A DNA stretch of 64,000 nt, taken from Longimicrobiales bacterium. Lineage in GTDB: Bacteria; Gemmatimonadota; Gemmatimonadetes; Longimicrobiales; Gaopeijiaceae. Location: NCBI GenBank assembly GCA_965219445.1, contig CBDCNQ010000004.1, forward strand, positions 896,001 through 960,000, read 5' to 3'. Positions 54,651-64,000 of this stretch are shown here, one piece after another. The first letter of the stretch is position 1; every line of letters starts with the position of its first letter. The translations under genes were made by a program, and so were the position numbers. The notes beneath the pieces are model-generated. The model saw nothing but the letters and a program-made list of their open reading frames with translations. It searched no databases and was not told where the DNA came from.

Positions 54651-55583
54651 TCAAGGAACCTTCGAGTACTTCCTCAAGTAGTGGCTTCGATTCGAGGCGG
54701 CGTAGACATTCCCCGACGGGTCCGCAGCGACCCAATGGATGCCTTCTGTTCCCTCGATCACACCCAGGAGCTTCCCGTCGCTGGCGTCGGCGATCCACAC
54801 TTTGGCGTTGACGCCATCGGCGACAAAGAGCCGGTCATCCTTGGTCAGGAACAAGGCGTAGGGGGTACCCAGGTGGGTCCACTGGTCGAGAAAAGCGCCT
54901 TCAAAATCGAAAATCTGCACGCGACTGTTTCCGCGGTCGGCCACCAACACCCGATTCCGCGAGTCGATGGTGATGCTGTGCACCGTGTTGAACTGGCCTG
55001 GCTCCGTGCCTGCGTCGCCCCAGTCCTTGATGAACTCGCCGGTCCTGTCGAACTTGGCCACTCTCGTGTTGACGTAACCGTCCGACACGAAGAAATCGCC
55101 GTTCGGAGCGACAGCCACATCGGTAGGCCGGTTGAACGTGCGCGGTCCGTCCCCGGCAACGTCGTACCGACCTAGGGTCATCAGGAGCTCGCTCCCGCTG
55201 GGGCTCCACTTCTTGACCTGATGACCCTGACCGTCGATGGTCCAAATATATCCTTCGTGGTCGACGCGGATGGCATGGGTCCACATGGCGATGTCCTGGC
55301 CCCACTCCTTTACCAGATTACCCGCCCGATCGAGGTTCCAAACATTGTTGGCGTCGCGCCTGAATGCGTAGATATTACCCTCGTCATCGGTGGTTACCCC
55401 GGATACTCCACCGATGTCTTCCGGCCCGGTAATCCAGTCCTCGACCATTCGATAGCTGCCGCCGGATAGTCGGTCCTGGGCCGTATAATTCGCCGACGCT
55501 TCGGTGCTCTCCGCTGGCCCACAGCTCGCTCCGAACGCAGTGATCACGCCAAGAGACGGCAACCACCGCGCGAAAGGCCTCAT
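54651..55583 (-). CDS. NHL-repeat PAL-like lipoprotein (second copy)
   Basis: Lipobox GASC; THAIRVD, FNRPTDVAV, SDGYVNTRV, VHSITID, ADRGNSRVQIF, IHWVAAD. Confidence 0.85.
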   Translation of the reverse strand: MRPFARWLPSLGVITAFGASCGPAESTEASANYTAQDRLSGGSYRMVEDWITGPEDIGGVSGVTTDDEGNIYAFRRDANNVWNLDRAGNLVKEWGQDIAMWTHAIRVDHEGYIWTIDGQGHQVKKWSPSGSELLMTLGRYDVAGDGPRTFNRPTDVAVAPNGDFFVSDGYVNTRVAKFDRTGEFIKDWGDAGTEPGQFNTVHSITIDSRNRVLVADRGNSRVQIFDFEGAFLDQWTHLGTPYALFLTKDDRLFVADGVNAKVWIADASDGKLLGVIEGTEGIHWVAADPSGNVYAASNRSHYLRKYSKVP

Positions 55584-57064
55584 CGAGGCGAACCGGGCTC
55601 AGTCGCCGTGATGGCGCCCTCACCGACAAGAAACTCCGCGACCGAGTCGTACCCCAGGGCGACCGCGGCCTCAAGTGCCGTGCTCGCCCCACCCACACCC
55701 CGATTTCGTGCATTCCCGACGGCATTCAGATCGACACCGGCCTCCACCAGCAACTTGACGGTGTCCAGCACCCTCGCCTCATCAGCCTCGAGAACAGTCC
55801 ACGCCCTCCCGGTACCCATCTTGACCGCTGCCATCAGGGTCGTGGTAATCTCCTCCTGTCGTGGAGACAGAATGCCGCCCTGACCCCCACCGTAGTACAC
55901 GCCGTGATGCACGAACATCGGATCGGCTCCGTGCTCCAGCAGGCCGCGTACGATGGGCGGGGTACTGAAACGAGCAGCCAGCCAGAGTGGAGTGGCTCCA
56001 ACCCACGCTTTGTTCAGATAGAAATCGGTGGTCGATCCGCGTTGGTGGGGTGTGAAGTCCCCGAGCGGGAGGTTGGGATCCGCGCCCTGTGCCAGGAGAA
56101 GCTCCACTGTCTCCTCGTTCTGACGCAGGACCGCTGCGATCAGCGGCGTGAAGCGGTGGGCTCCCGCGTTCGGGTCGGCGCCCTGCTCGAGCAGAAACTC
56201 TACGAATTCGGGGAATTGCCCAGGGAGAATCTGATCACGATCGAAATACACGAGCTGCCTGGTTGTCTGCTCCCGGATCAGGAACTGTTCTCCAAAGTCG
56301 GCGTAGGTCGCGATGGCCAACGGTGTAGTGCCCCAGGCGGATGGCGCGTCCACGTCGGCGCCAGCGGCCACGAGGTACTTCGCGGACTCGAGGTCGCCCA
56401 CCCGCGCGGCGAACATCAGCGCGGTGTTGCCTCCATGCCTGAACCATCCCTGATGCTCCGGGTGGGCATGCGGGGACTGGGCCATGTACTGGTCCCAGGC
56501 ATCCGATGCGGTATGCACGTCCGCACCGTGCTCGATCAAGACCTTCACGACGTCCGGGTGGCGCTGAGCGGCCGCGAACATGAGCGGCGTCTGGCCGCGG
56601 GCCCCGTGGGCGTTCACGTCGGCGCCTTTCTCGAGGAGCATCCTGACCACCTCGGGGTTACCCGAGCGAGAGGCGGTGATGAGCGGCGTCTCGCCGAGTA
56701 GCAGCGGCGCGTCGGGATCTGCTCCCGCAGCTAACAACTCGTCGGCCACGGCCGCGCTGCCGTTCCGGCTGGCAGCCCAGATCGGCGTTGCACCGAGATC
56801 ATTGGCGATGTTCACGTCGGCGCCGGCGCGAATGAGAAGCTCTACGCTCTCGAAATCGTCCCTGTAACTCGCCCACAGGAGAGCGGTGGAGCCGTCCGCC
56901 GTCTGCACGTCGACGTCGGCTCCTGCATCCAAGAGCGCCCGCAGCGCGCCCCGGTCACCGTTCTTTGCCGCGTCGACCAGCGGGTCATCACTCCAACCGG
57001 CCCCGATGAGGATCAGGGCCAGCCCGAGTGAGGTCAGGCATTGCAGCCTGCGTGTCATCCACAT
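55580..57064 (-). CDS. Secreted ankyrin repeat protein
   Basis: Repeated GxT(A/P)L..A...LL..GAD motifs; signal peptide. Confidence 0.93.
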   Translation of the reverse strand: MWMTRRLQCLTSLGLALILIGAGWSDDPLVDAAKNGDRGALRALLDAGADVDVQTADGSTALLWASYRDDFESVELLIRAGADVNIANDLGATPIWAASRNGSAAVADELLAAGADPDAPLLLGETPLITASRSGNPEVVRMLLEKGADVNAHGARGQTPLMFAAAQRHPDVVKVLIEHGADVHTASDAWDQYMAQSPHAHPEHQGWFRHGGNTALMFAARVGDLESAKYLVAAGADVDAPSAWGTTPLAIATYADFGEQFLIREQTTRQLVYFDRDQILPGQFPEFVEFLLEQGADPNAGAHRFTPLIAAVLRQNEETVELLLAQGADPNLPLGDFTPHQRGSTTDFYLNKAWVGATPLWLAARFSTPPIVRGLLEHGADPMFVHHGVYYGGGQGGILSPRQEEITTTLMAAVKMGTGRAWTVLEADEARVLDTVKLLVEAGVDLNAVGNARNRGVGGASTALEAAVALGYDSVAEFLVGEGAITATEPGSPR

Positions 57065-57087
57065 CCTCCCGACTCCGTGGCCAGTCC

Positions 57088-58440
57088 CTACATCTCGGCG
57101 AGTGTATCGATCTCGAGTCGGCCGGTACTGCCCCCGACCCGACCGAGCGGCATGTCGAACTTGTCGAGCAGTGTGACGAGTAGGTTCGCCATCAGGGGTG
57201 AGTCGAGATAGTTGAGATGCCGGCCGCCGTTGAGGCGTCCATTCCCACCGCCGGTCAACATCAGGGGCAGATCCACGTGCGAGTGCCGCGTGCTGTTGGA
57301 AATGCCGCCGCCGTACAGGATCGTCATATGGTCGAAAAGCGAGCCATCGCCGTCGGGCGTCTGGCGAAGCTTCTCCAGATATCGGGTAACCAACTCGACG
57401 TGGTACCGATTGATCTTCGACATTCGCTCGATCAACTCGGGAACGTTGTTGTGGTGCGACAGCGGGTGGTGCGCGTCGGGCACGCCGATCTGCGGGTACG
57501 GTCGAGCGTTCTGCTCCTTGCCGAACATGAACGAGCTGACCCTGGTCAGGTCAGCCTGGAAGGCCAGGAGCTGAAGGTCGAACATCAGCTCCATGTGCTC
57601 TTCATATGAGGTCGGTGCGCCCTCCGGTGCTTCGAAGAACGGCAGCTCGATGTCGATCTGTTCCTCGGCAATTTGAATGCGCCGTTCGACGTCACGGACC
57701 GCCTCTGCATATTCATCGATCTTCAGGTTGTCCTGCGGCCCGAGCTCTCTCTTGAGAGCCGCCACCTCATCGATTACCGAGTCCAGAAGGCTCCGCTGCT
57801 GCCGCAGACGCCGTTCCCGCGCTCCCCGCTCCGTGCTGCCGCTGTCGCCAAACAACCGCTCGAACACCGCTCGCGGGTTGGACTCCATGGGCAACGGCTG
57901 GGTTGGGCTGCGCCAGGAGACGGTATGTGTGTAGACACAATTCAGTGTCAGATCACAAACCCCCGCGTTGGCGGGTTTGTCCATCGAAAGCTCTAGCGAC
58001 GCGACTTGCGTCTCCTTTTCGAATCGCCTGGCTAGCAACTGGTCGAATGAAACGTCTGCCACCGTCTCCGTGTTGTTACGCCCATGACGTGTCGTGCCCG
58101 TCAGGAACGACCCGGAGGCGCCGGCATGGTTGCCGCTCCAAGTCGCATCGAGGCCGGAGAGCACCAACATCTGGTCCTTGAACGGTGCCATCGGTTCCAG
58201 GATGGGTGAAAGCTCGAAGTCCCTTCCCACTCCCTGTGGGGTCCAGTACTCCATGGCCATCCCGTTCGGCACATAGATGGTCTGGAACCGATGCGCGGGG
58301 TCGGCGCGCGCCTGCCCGCGCAGACCGAACCTGGTTGGCGACATGGCTTCCAGGAAGGGCAACGCCAACACCGCCCCCGCACCCCGCAGGACAGTCCGAC
58401 GGGAGAGTGGTCTTCCAATGATGAATGCCATCTGTCGCAT
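57088..58440 (-). CDS. DUF1552 domain protein (Tat signal)
   Basis: LSRRTVLRG..LALPFLEAM, YVPNG, NPRAVFERLFG, DLTRV, HHPLSHH. Confidence 0.93.
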   Translation of the reverse strand: MRQMAFIIGRPLSRRTVLRGAGAVLALPFLEAMSPTRFGLRGQARADPAHRFQTIYVPNGMAMEYWTPQGVGRDFELSPILEPMAPFKDQMLVLSGLDATWSGNHAGASGSFLTGTTRHGRNNTETVADVSFDQLLARRFEKETQVASLELSMDKPANAGVCDLTLNCVYTHTVSWRSPTQPLPMESNPRAVFERLFGDSGSTERGARERRLRQQRSLLDSVIDEVAALKRELGPQDNLKIDEYAEAVRDVERRIQIAEEQIDIELPFFEAPEGAPTSYEEHMELMFDLQLLAFQADLTRVSSFMFGKEQNARPYPQIGVPDAHHPLSHHNNVPELIERMSKINRYHVELVTRYLEKLRQTPDGDGSLFDHMTILYGGGISNSTRHSHVDLPLMLTGGGNGRLNGGRHLNYLDSPLMANLLVTLLDKFDMPLGRVGGSTGRLEIDTLAEM

Positions 58441-58453
58441 CTCCTCTGCGCTG

Positions 58454-58487
58454 TGGAACCGGTCCTCTGCTGGAACCGGTCCTCTGC
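58454..58487. repeat. Perfect 17-bp tandem duplication TGGAACCGGTCCTCTGC
   Basis: Copies at 58454-58470 and 58471-58487 in the DUF1592-DUF1552 intergenic spacer. Confidence 0.9.
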
Positions 58488-58506
58488 TATCGAACCAAGC
58501 GACCGC

Positions 58507-61101
58507 TTACTGCGTCATACGTGCCCGCATCAAGAAGCCAGGGCTCTCGACAATTCCGGCGATGACCGAGGACCAACGGTACCCGTCGGCCTTCGCGTCG
58601 TTCACGATCCTGCGTACCGCGGGGCGATCGTAGTACTCCAATCTACGCCCCAGAGCGTAAACCATGAGCTTTGCGGTCACGGTGTTGGCAAACTGATCGC
58701 CCTGATCGAGCAACATCGCACGCAAGCCCGCAAATCCATCCACCGCCGCACCGCTCGGCGAGGCCCCGGAATCATCGACCGGATTGCCCTTTCCGTCGCG
58801 TGTCCGCCAAGCCCCAACGGCGTCGAAGCTCTCCAGCGCGAACCCGAGCGGATCCATGACCGAGTGGCACGTGGCGCACACGGGATCGGTCCGGTGTGAC
58901 TCCAGCCGTTCACGTATCGTTGCGTCCGGAGAAAACCTCTCGTCCTCGATGTCGGTGTTCACACCAGCCGGAGGTGCGGGCACGGGCGTGCCCAGAATGT
59001 TATCGAGCAGCCATTTGCCACGCAGCACGGGCGAAGTCCGGTTGGGGTACGACGTCAGGGTCAAAAGCGCGCTTTGCCCGAGCAATCCGCCACGCTCCTG
59101 GAGGTTGGGGAGGACAACCCGCCGCATGCGGCTGCCGTAGACGTCCGAAATCCCGTAGTGCCGTGCCAGCCGTTCGTTGAGGAACGTGTAGTCCGCGCTC
59201 AAGAGGTCGAACACGCTCCGGTCCTCGGTGATCGTGCTGGCGACGAACATTTCGGTCTCGAGGCGCATCGCCTCCAGCAGGTTGTTGTCGAATCGAGGAA
59301 ACAGGTCTTCGTCCGCGACCTCGTCCGCGAGGACGCGTAGATTCAGCCACTGACTGGCGAAACCGTTGGTAAGAGCATCGGCGGCGCGCGGATCGGCCAA
59401 CATTCGCAGCACCTGCTGTCTCAGAACCGTGGGGTCCGTAAGCCTTCCCTGCTCCGCCAGGTCGAGGAGTGTTTCATCTGGAATGCTGCTCCACACGAAG
59501 AAAGACAGCCGCGAGGCGATCTCCAGGTCGCTGAGGCGATAGGCGTCGGACGCCTGCGACGGCGGATCCCGATGGACGCGCAGCAGAAAAGCCGGGTCAA
59601 CCAGCATCCGTTCGAGGGCGAACTGAATTCCCGCCTCGAAGCTCTGCCCGTCTTGCCTACCCTGATCGAAGAACTCCATCAACTTCTGGACGTCCTCGCT
59701 CGTGACCGGTCGCCGATAGGCGCGCCGGGCCATCCGTTCGACGATCCTGGCAGCGCACTCCTGCTCCTCCGCTTCGGCCTCCGGCTCGCAAACGAAGATC
59801 TCCCGACGACTGGGGGTGTCGCCCGTCGATACGGAGATCTGGTACGGGCCTTCGATCATGAGATCGTTCACGCCCTGATAGTCCATATACCTGGCGTCAT
59901 CCTTCAACGTCTTCCCCCACTCCCGCAGCGGCGGTTGTGGGAGAAGATTTTCCAGCTCCCACATGTACATGGGGAATGCCACTCCGACGACGTGGGGTCC
60001 GCCCGTGATGAACGTGCGAACCTGCAAATGATCGTCCGCCGCGCCTTGCATGTAGGCTTCCCACTCCCAGTCGCCCTCGAAGCCAGGGCTACCGGCCCCT
60101 TCGTAGGTGCCCGGAGCGGGTCGATATGCCCCAGCCTCCCCCCCGGCTGTAAACCGGCCCATCAGCCCACCATCGAGGCGGAACTCGATCTCTTGTGGCC
60201 ACCCCATCCCCTTGAGGTAGTCCGCATAATTCGCAGTCAGGTTGACCTTGATGAGGTACTCACCATCGGCTGGGAAGTGGTATCGGATCGCCATGCCCCC
60301 ACGGGATCCGAGCGGCAGATCTTCGTCCATCAGATCCGTCTGTTTCAGGAGCTCGTCGACTCGGAAGATCTTGAAGTCCGCCCCTACGGGGGGCAGACCT
60401 GTCGCCAGACGCGTCACCTGACGGGCCACCGACACGTATCGTTCCAGATGGGCTGTCGAAATCGTGAGGGACGCTGCGATGTTGTCGAAACTACCGTCCG
60501 CCGTCTCGTCCCCGGGCAAGAGGTCCCTTACCTCGATATCGAGCGCCAACAGGTCGCGAATCGCGTTGTTGTACTCCGTGCGGTTCAAGCGGTGGATTGC
60601 GTCGATCCTGCCTGGATACGGATTGGCGGCCCACGCCGCGTCGAGCTCCGTCTCCAACTGGCCCGCCACGGCCGCATAGGTATCGCGATCGGGCCGCCGC
60701 CGCCCGACCGGTGGCATCGTGCCCGTCCGAAGTTTCGTGACCACCTTCTCCCACGTTGCGGGATGGGTGCCCGGGCGCGACGCATCCAGGGTGTCGAACG
60801 ACAAGTTGGCATTGCCTAGTCTCTCGTTATGACAGACGACGCAGTATTCGTTCAGGACGGCCTCAACATCAACTGCCTGTTGATGGACTTCCGGCTGGCT
60901 GTCATCGAACCCGGGAGCTTGCAGCGATGGGGTCTGCCCCGATGGGGTCTGCACTGGTTGGGCGTGCCCGAGCGATCCGCCGGCACCCCACACGAACACC
61001 CCCACGATCCCAGTGCTCAGCAGGAGCGCGTAGCCAGTCGCATATCCAGCCCGCGAGCGGTCCCTTGACATCTGTCGGGCGTTCGGCCTGATGAACCGCA
61101 T
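58507..61101 (-). CDS. Planctomycete-type cytochrome c protein with DUF1587/1595/1592/1588/1585 domains
   Basis: CVVCH, RLNRTEYNNAIRDL, RAYRRPV, ASRLSFFVWSSIPD, TSPVLRGKW, CATCH..MDPLGFALE. Confidence 0.93.
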   Translation of the reverse strand: MRFIRPNARQMSRDRSRAGYATGYALLLSTGIVGVFVWGAGGSLGHAQPVQTPSGQTPSLQAPGFDDSQPEVHQQAVDVEAVLNEYCVVCHNERLGNANLSFDTLDASRPGTHPATWEKVVTKLRTGTMPPVGRRRPDRDTYAAVAGQLETELDAAWAANPYPGRIDAIHRLNRTEYNNAIRDLLALDIEVRDLLPGDETADGSFDNIAASLTISTAHLERYVSVARQVTRLATGLPPVGADFKIFRVDELLKQTDLMDEDLPLGSRGGMAIRYHFPADGEYLIKVNLTANYADYLKGMGWPQEIEFRLDGGLMGRFTAGGEAGAYRPAPGTYEGAGSPGFEGDWEWEAYMQGAADDHLQVRTFITGGPHVVGVAFPMYMWELENLLPQPPLREWGKTLKDDARYMDYQGVNDLMIEGPYQISVSTGDTPSRREIFVCEPEAEAEEQECAARIVERMARRAYRRPVTSEDVQKLMEFFDQGRQDGQSFEAGIQFALERMLVDPAFLLRVHRDPPSQASDAYRLSDLEIASRLSFFVWSSIPDETLLDLAEQGRLTDPTVLRQQVLRMLADPRAADALTNGFASQWLNLRVLADEVADEDLFPRFDNNLLEAMRLETEMFVASTITEDRSVFDLLSADYTFLNERLARHYGISDVYGSRMRRVVLPNLQERGGLLGQSALLTLTSYPNRTSPVLRGKWLLDNILGTPVPAPPAGVNTDIEDERFSPDATIRERLESHRTDPVCATCHSVMDPLGFALESFDAVGAWRTRDGKGNPVDDSGASPSGAAVDGFAGLRAMLLDQGDQFANTVTAKLMVYALGRRLEYYDRPAVRRIVNDAKADGYRWSSVIAGIVESPGFLMRARMTQ

Positions 61102-61161
61102 CCGCCTCCTAGGCAGGCACCCTCTACGGAACCCGTTGATTCTGAACCTTAACAGTCAAGC

Positions 61162-61191
61162 AACGTAGAAGCGGGCGTTGAGGGGTGTCAA
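61162..61191 (-). promoter_or_regulatory. Sigma70-like promoter TTGACA-18-TACGTT for the DUF1592 operon
   Basis: Plus-strand tgtcaa at 61186-61191 and aacgta at 61162-61167. Confidence 0.45.
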
Positions 61192-61424
61192 GCGCGTTGC
61201 CGCCACTCGGGTTTTAGGGGATCACTTTGCTATGATGGAGTATCGGATCGGGTCGGAGTAAGGCCGCGCAGGGACACCAGCGAGAGCTCGATTAGGGTAG
61301 CCGCTAAGCAGGGCTGTAGCGGCTTTGCGCCGGTAGAGTCGCCGGAGTATCATGCCTCCCTGTTGTTTGGTTGTACTCTGACCCCCCGGCTACCCCCATA
61401 GCATGGGCCAAGGATGGTGGTATC

Positions 61425-61787
61425 GTGGCGCGTGTGCTCATCGTCGAAGATGAACCGACGGATCTGGCCGTCGTTAAAGGTATCGTCGAGCTATTGGGTC
61501 ATGAGCCCCATATTGCCTCGGATGGTGAGGAAGCCTACAGGAAGTACCTGAGGAAGGACATCGATGTCGTCATTACCGATCTCGAGATGCCTGGTGTGGG
61601 CGGGCTGGAGTTCATCGAGTCGTTGCTAGGGTTGTACCCCGAGGCGAAAATCATCGCTGTGTCCGGTGAAGGCCCGGACGGGCTCCACGCTGCGAGGCGC
61701 GCGGGTGCCATCGTGCTGATCAGCAAGCCCATCGGCCCCGAGGAGCTAGGCAAGGCCCTGGCAGAGGCAGGCCTCGAAAGTCCCTAA
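61425..61787 (+). CDS. Single-domain response regulator receiver
   Basis: VLIVEDE, VITDLEMP, IAVSG, ISKP; start placed at GTG 61425. Confidence 0.9.
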   Translation: MARVLIVEDEPTDLAVVKGIVELLGHEPHIASDGEEAYRKYLRKDIDVVITDLEMPGVGGLEFIESLLGLYPEAKIIAVSGEGPDGLHAARRAGAIVLISKPIGPEELGKALAEAGLESP

Positions 61788-61797
61788 GGGAGGCGGC

Positions 61798-63768
61798 ATG
61801 ATGCGAACGCTGCTCTACGTCGTTGCGTGTACCGTTGCGATGAGTGTGCTCGTCGCCGTGCCAGCTGTCGCTCAACAGGGGGCGAGGGACGGGCAGTGGC
61901 GTGCGTTTGCTGCCGACGTTGGCGCAACGAAGTATTCACCGCTCGACGAAATCACGCGGAGCAACGTAGATGACCTGCGGATCGTCTGGCGCCGGCCGTC
62001 GGTCGATCAGTCGATCCTCGAGCACACGCCCGACGTCCGTAACCGGGCCCTCGACGCGACCCCGCTCATGGTCGACGGTGTGCTCTACAGCCCCAACGGT
62101 GTGGGGCTGGTGGAGGCGTTTGACCCGGGTACGGGCGAGACGCTCTGGGTACAGGAGCCGATGGAGAACGGACCGCACGCCTATCGACAAGGGGCCTCCA
62201 CCCGTGGCGTGGCCTATTGGACCGACGGCACCGACCGGAGAATTCTGGTGCAGAGGGCGCGATATCTTTACGCCCTTAACGCCGTCACCGGACGACCCTA
62301 CCCCGAATTCGGAGATGGCGGTCGGGTCGACCTGACGACGGGGCTCCAGGAAGGCGCCCTTTACCTTTGGGGCGGCGCACCCACCGTCGTGCGGGATGTC
62401 GTCGTCCTCGGCCAATCTATGTCGGACGACTTTGTGGCTAAGGAGGGTATCCGCGGCGATGTCAGGGCATTCGACGTGCGTACCGGCGAGCTTCGCTGGG
62501 TTTTTCACACGATCTCGCAGCCCGGCGAAATCGGGGACGAGACGTGGGAAGACGGCTCGTGGGAGTACACCGGGCACGCGCCGGTGTGGTCGCTGTTCAG
62601 CGCCGACGAGGAGTTAGGCTACGTCTATATGCCCGTGTCGTCATCGACGAGCGATATGTACGGTGGCCATCGCCTTGGTGACAATCTTTTCAGCCAAAGC
62701 CTGGTCTGTGTAAACGCCGAGACGGGCGAAGTCGTCTGGTACTATCAGCTCGTACATCACGGTTTGTGGGACTACGATCCGCCTGCGGCCCCGATTCTGA
62801 TGGATCTGGTCGTCGACGGGCGTCCGGTCCCAGCCGTTACGCAGATTACGAAGCAGGCGTTCGCCTTCGTGTTCGACCGTGCGACCGGTGAGCCGGTCTG
62901 GCCGATCGAAGAACGACCCGTGCCGCAGTCGGAAATGCCTGGCGAGAGGACGTCACCGACTCAGCCGTTTCCGACCAAGCCCCCGGCGTTCGACCGGCAG
63001 GGCTCCACCGAGGACAACCTGATCGACTTCACGCCGGAGTTGCGTGCCGAAGCGCTCGAAATCGTCGAACGTTACACGACCGGTCCGCTCTTCACGCCGC
63101 CTACGGTCCGTGGCGACGAACCGAACTCCAACCTGGGGACGATTCAGCTCCCGGGGTCTCAAGGGGGCGCCGACGTGCAGGGCGCGGCGTTCGATCCCGA
63201 GACGAACATGCTCTACGTACCGTCGATCACGGCGCCGTTCGTCGCCGACGTCCTCGAAGGCGATCCCGATCGCACGAACCTGCGGTACGTGAAGGGGACT
63301 CGCATGTGGATCGGAGGCCCCCGGGGTTTGCCTCTCATGAAGCCCCCCTACGGCCGGATCACCGCTTTCGACATGAACGCGGGGGAGATCGTCTGGCAGG
63401 TGCCGAACGGAAACGGGCCACGCGACCACCCTGCCATCAGACATCTCGGTCTGGACCGACTCGGCAACCCGGGCCGCCCCTCACCGCTGGCAACGGGGAC
63501 GTTGCTCTTCATTGGTGAGTCTGCCGGCATTCCACCCGGCGGTTTGAGGGTCCCGGAAGGGATGCCGGTCGAGATCTCCACCAACTACGGTGAACCGTGG
63601 TTCCGAGCGTACGATAAGGCAACGGGTGACGTAGTATGGGAGTTCGAGTTGCCCTCAAGAATGACGGGCGCACCGATGACTTACACGCACGAGGGCAAGC
63701 AGTACATCGTAGTCGCCCTCGGCGGTCAAGATTTGCCGAGCCAGTTCGTTGCGTTGAGCTTGCCCTAG
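61798..63768 (+). CDS. PQQ-dependent dehydrogenase (glucose/quinate dehydrogenase-like, soluble, signal peptide)
   Basis: YSPLDEI, ATPLMVDG, RGVAYW, QLVHHGLWDYD, WPIEERPVP.S..PGE.TSPTQPFP, KPPYG. Confidence 0.93.
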   Translation: MMRTLLYVVACTVAMSVLVAVPAVAQQGARDGQWRAFAADVGATKYSPLDEITRSNVDDLRIVWRRPSVDQSILEHTPDVRNRALDATPLMVDGVLYSPNGVGLVEAFDPGTGETLWVQEPMENGPHAYRQGASTRGVAYWTDGTDRRILVQRARYLYALNAVTGRPYPEFGDGGRVDLTTGLQEGALYLWGGAPTVVRDVVVLGQSMSDDFVAKEGIRGDVRAFDVRTGELRWVFHTISQPGEIGDETWEDGSWEYTGHAPVWSLFSADEELGYVYMPVSSSTSDMYGGHRLGDNLFSQSLVCVNAETGEVVWYYQLVHHGLWDYDPPAAPILMDLVVDGRPVPAVTQITKQAFAFVFDRATGEPVWPIEERPVPQSEMPGERTSPTQPFPTKPPAFDRQGSTEDNLIDFTPELRAEALEIVERYTTGPLFTPPTVRGDEPNSNLGTIQLPGSQGGADVQGAAFDPETNMLYVPSITAPFVADVLEGDPDRTNLRYVKGTRMWIGGPRGLPLMKPPYGRITAFDMNAGEIVWQVPNGNGPRDHPAIRHLGLDRLGNPGRPSPLATGTLLFIGESAGIPPGGLRVPEGMPVEISTNYGEPWFRAYDKATGDVVWEFELPSRMTGAPMTYTHEGKQYIVVALGGQDLPSQFVALSLP

Positions 63769-63772
63769 CGGT

Positions 63773-64000
63773 TCACGGGCCCGTGTAGTTTCCACGTCCC
63801 GAGGTGAAGATCCTGAATCCCTGTTTGACGCGATATGCCTGACCACAGACCGGATCCGGACAGGCGCCGTCGGGAGGGCTCTGGTACGAGCCGCATAGCT
63901 TTCCCATATCCAAGCACGCTTCTGCGACCTTAGCGACCAGGGCCTCGACCTCGGGGTGGTACGGGTTGGAGGCTGGAGTCCCGACACCCAACCTGATGCT
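63773..64000 (-). CDS. Partial gene, probably the C-terminus of an HpcH/HpaI aldolase family protein
   Basis: MGV...HPEVEALVAKVAEAC..GKLCG...VKQGFR; 5' part outside window. Confidence 0.55.
   Translation of the reverse strand, partial: SIRLGVGTPASNPYHPEVEALVAKVAEACLDMGKLCGSYQSPPDGACPDPVCGQAYRVKQGFRIFTSGRGNYTGP

Noticed and set aside
59572..60819. 415-aa plus-strand ORF
   Set aside because: Antisense shadow of the DUF1592 gene
61240..61360. tRNA or structured ncRNA in the intergenic region
   Set aside because: Only one hairpin (AGCCGCTA/TAGCGGCT, 61300-61324); no cloverleaf or T-loop motif

Overview
High-GC bacterial chromosomal segment with about 55 CDS. The gene content (DUF5916, DUF1592/DUF1552, DUF3500, many signal-peptide-bearing catabolic enzymes) resembles Gemmatimonadota/Acidobacteriota-type genomes; this taxonomy is inference only. 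Main contents: 3' end of transketolase; an ECF sigma/anti-sigma pair; a RES-Xre toxin-antitoxin pair divergent from a macrodomain gene; peptidyl-dipeptidase Dcp; a form II coxSLMDE molybdo-hydroxylase operon converging on xdhC-xdhC-mocA-coxG; a complete class IIC group II intron (24443-26342, minus strand) inserted behind a terminator hairpin; three more TA loci; several truncated or +1-frameshifted genes; and many exported hydrolases and oxidoreductases. The most notable region is 45.6-61.1 kb. It holds a heme c-fused PHM-like copper monooxygenase with all six Cu ligands recognisable, two PAL-like NHL lyases with intact catalytic motifs, an amidase with a small partner, an amidohydrolase and a PQQ dehydrogenase. 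Together these suggest an uncharacterised periplasmic PAM-like amidation or N-acylglycine catabolism system (hypothesis). No rRNA, tRNA or CRISPR array was seen. All family calls come from motif recognition by eye, not database searches.
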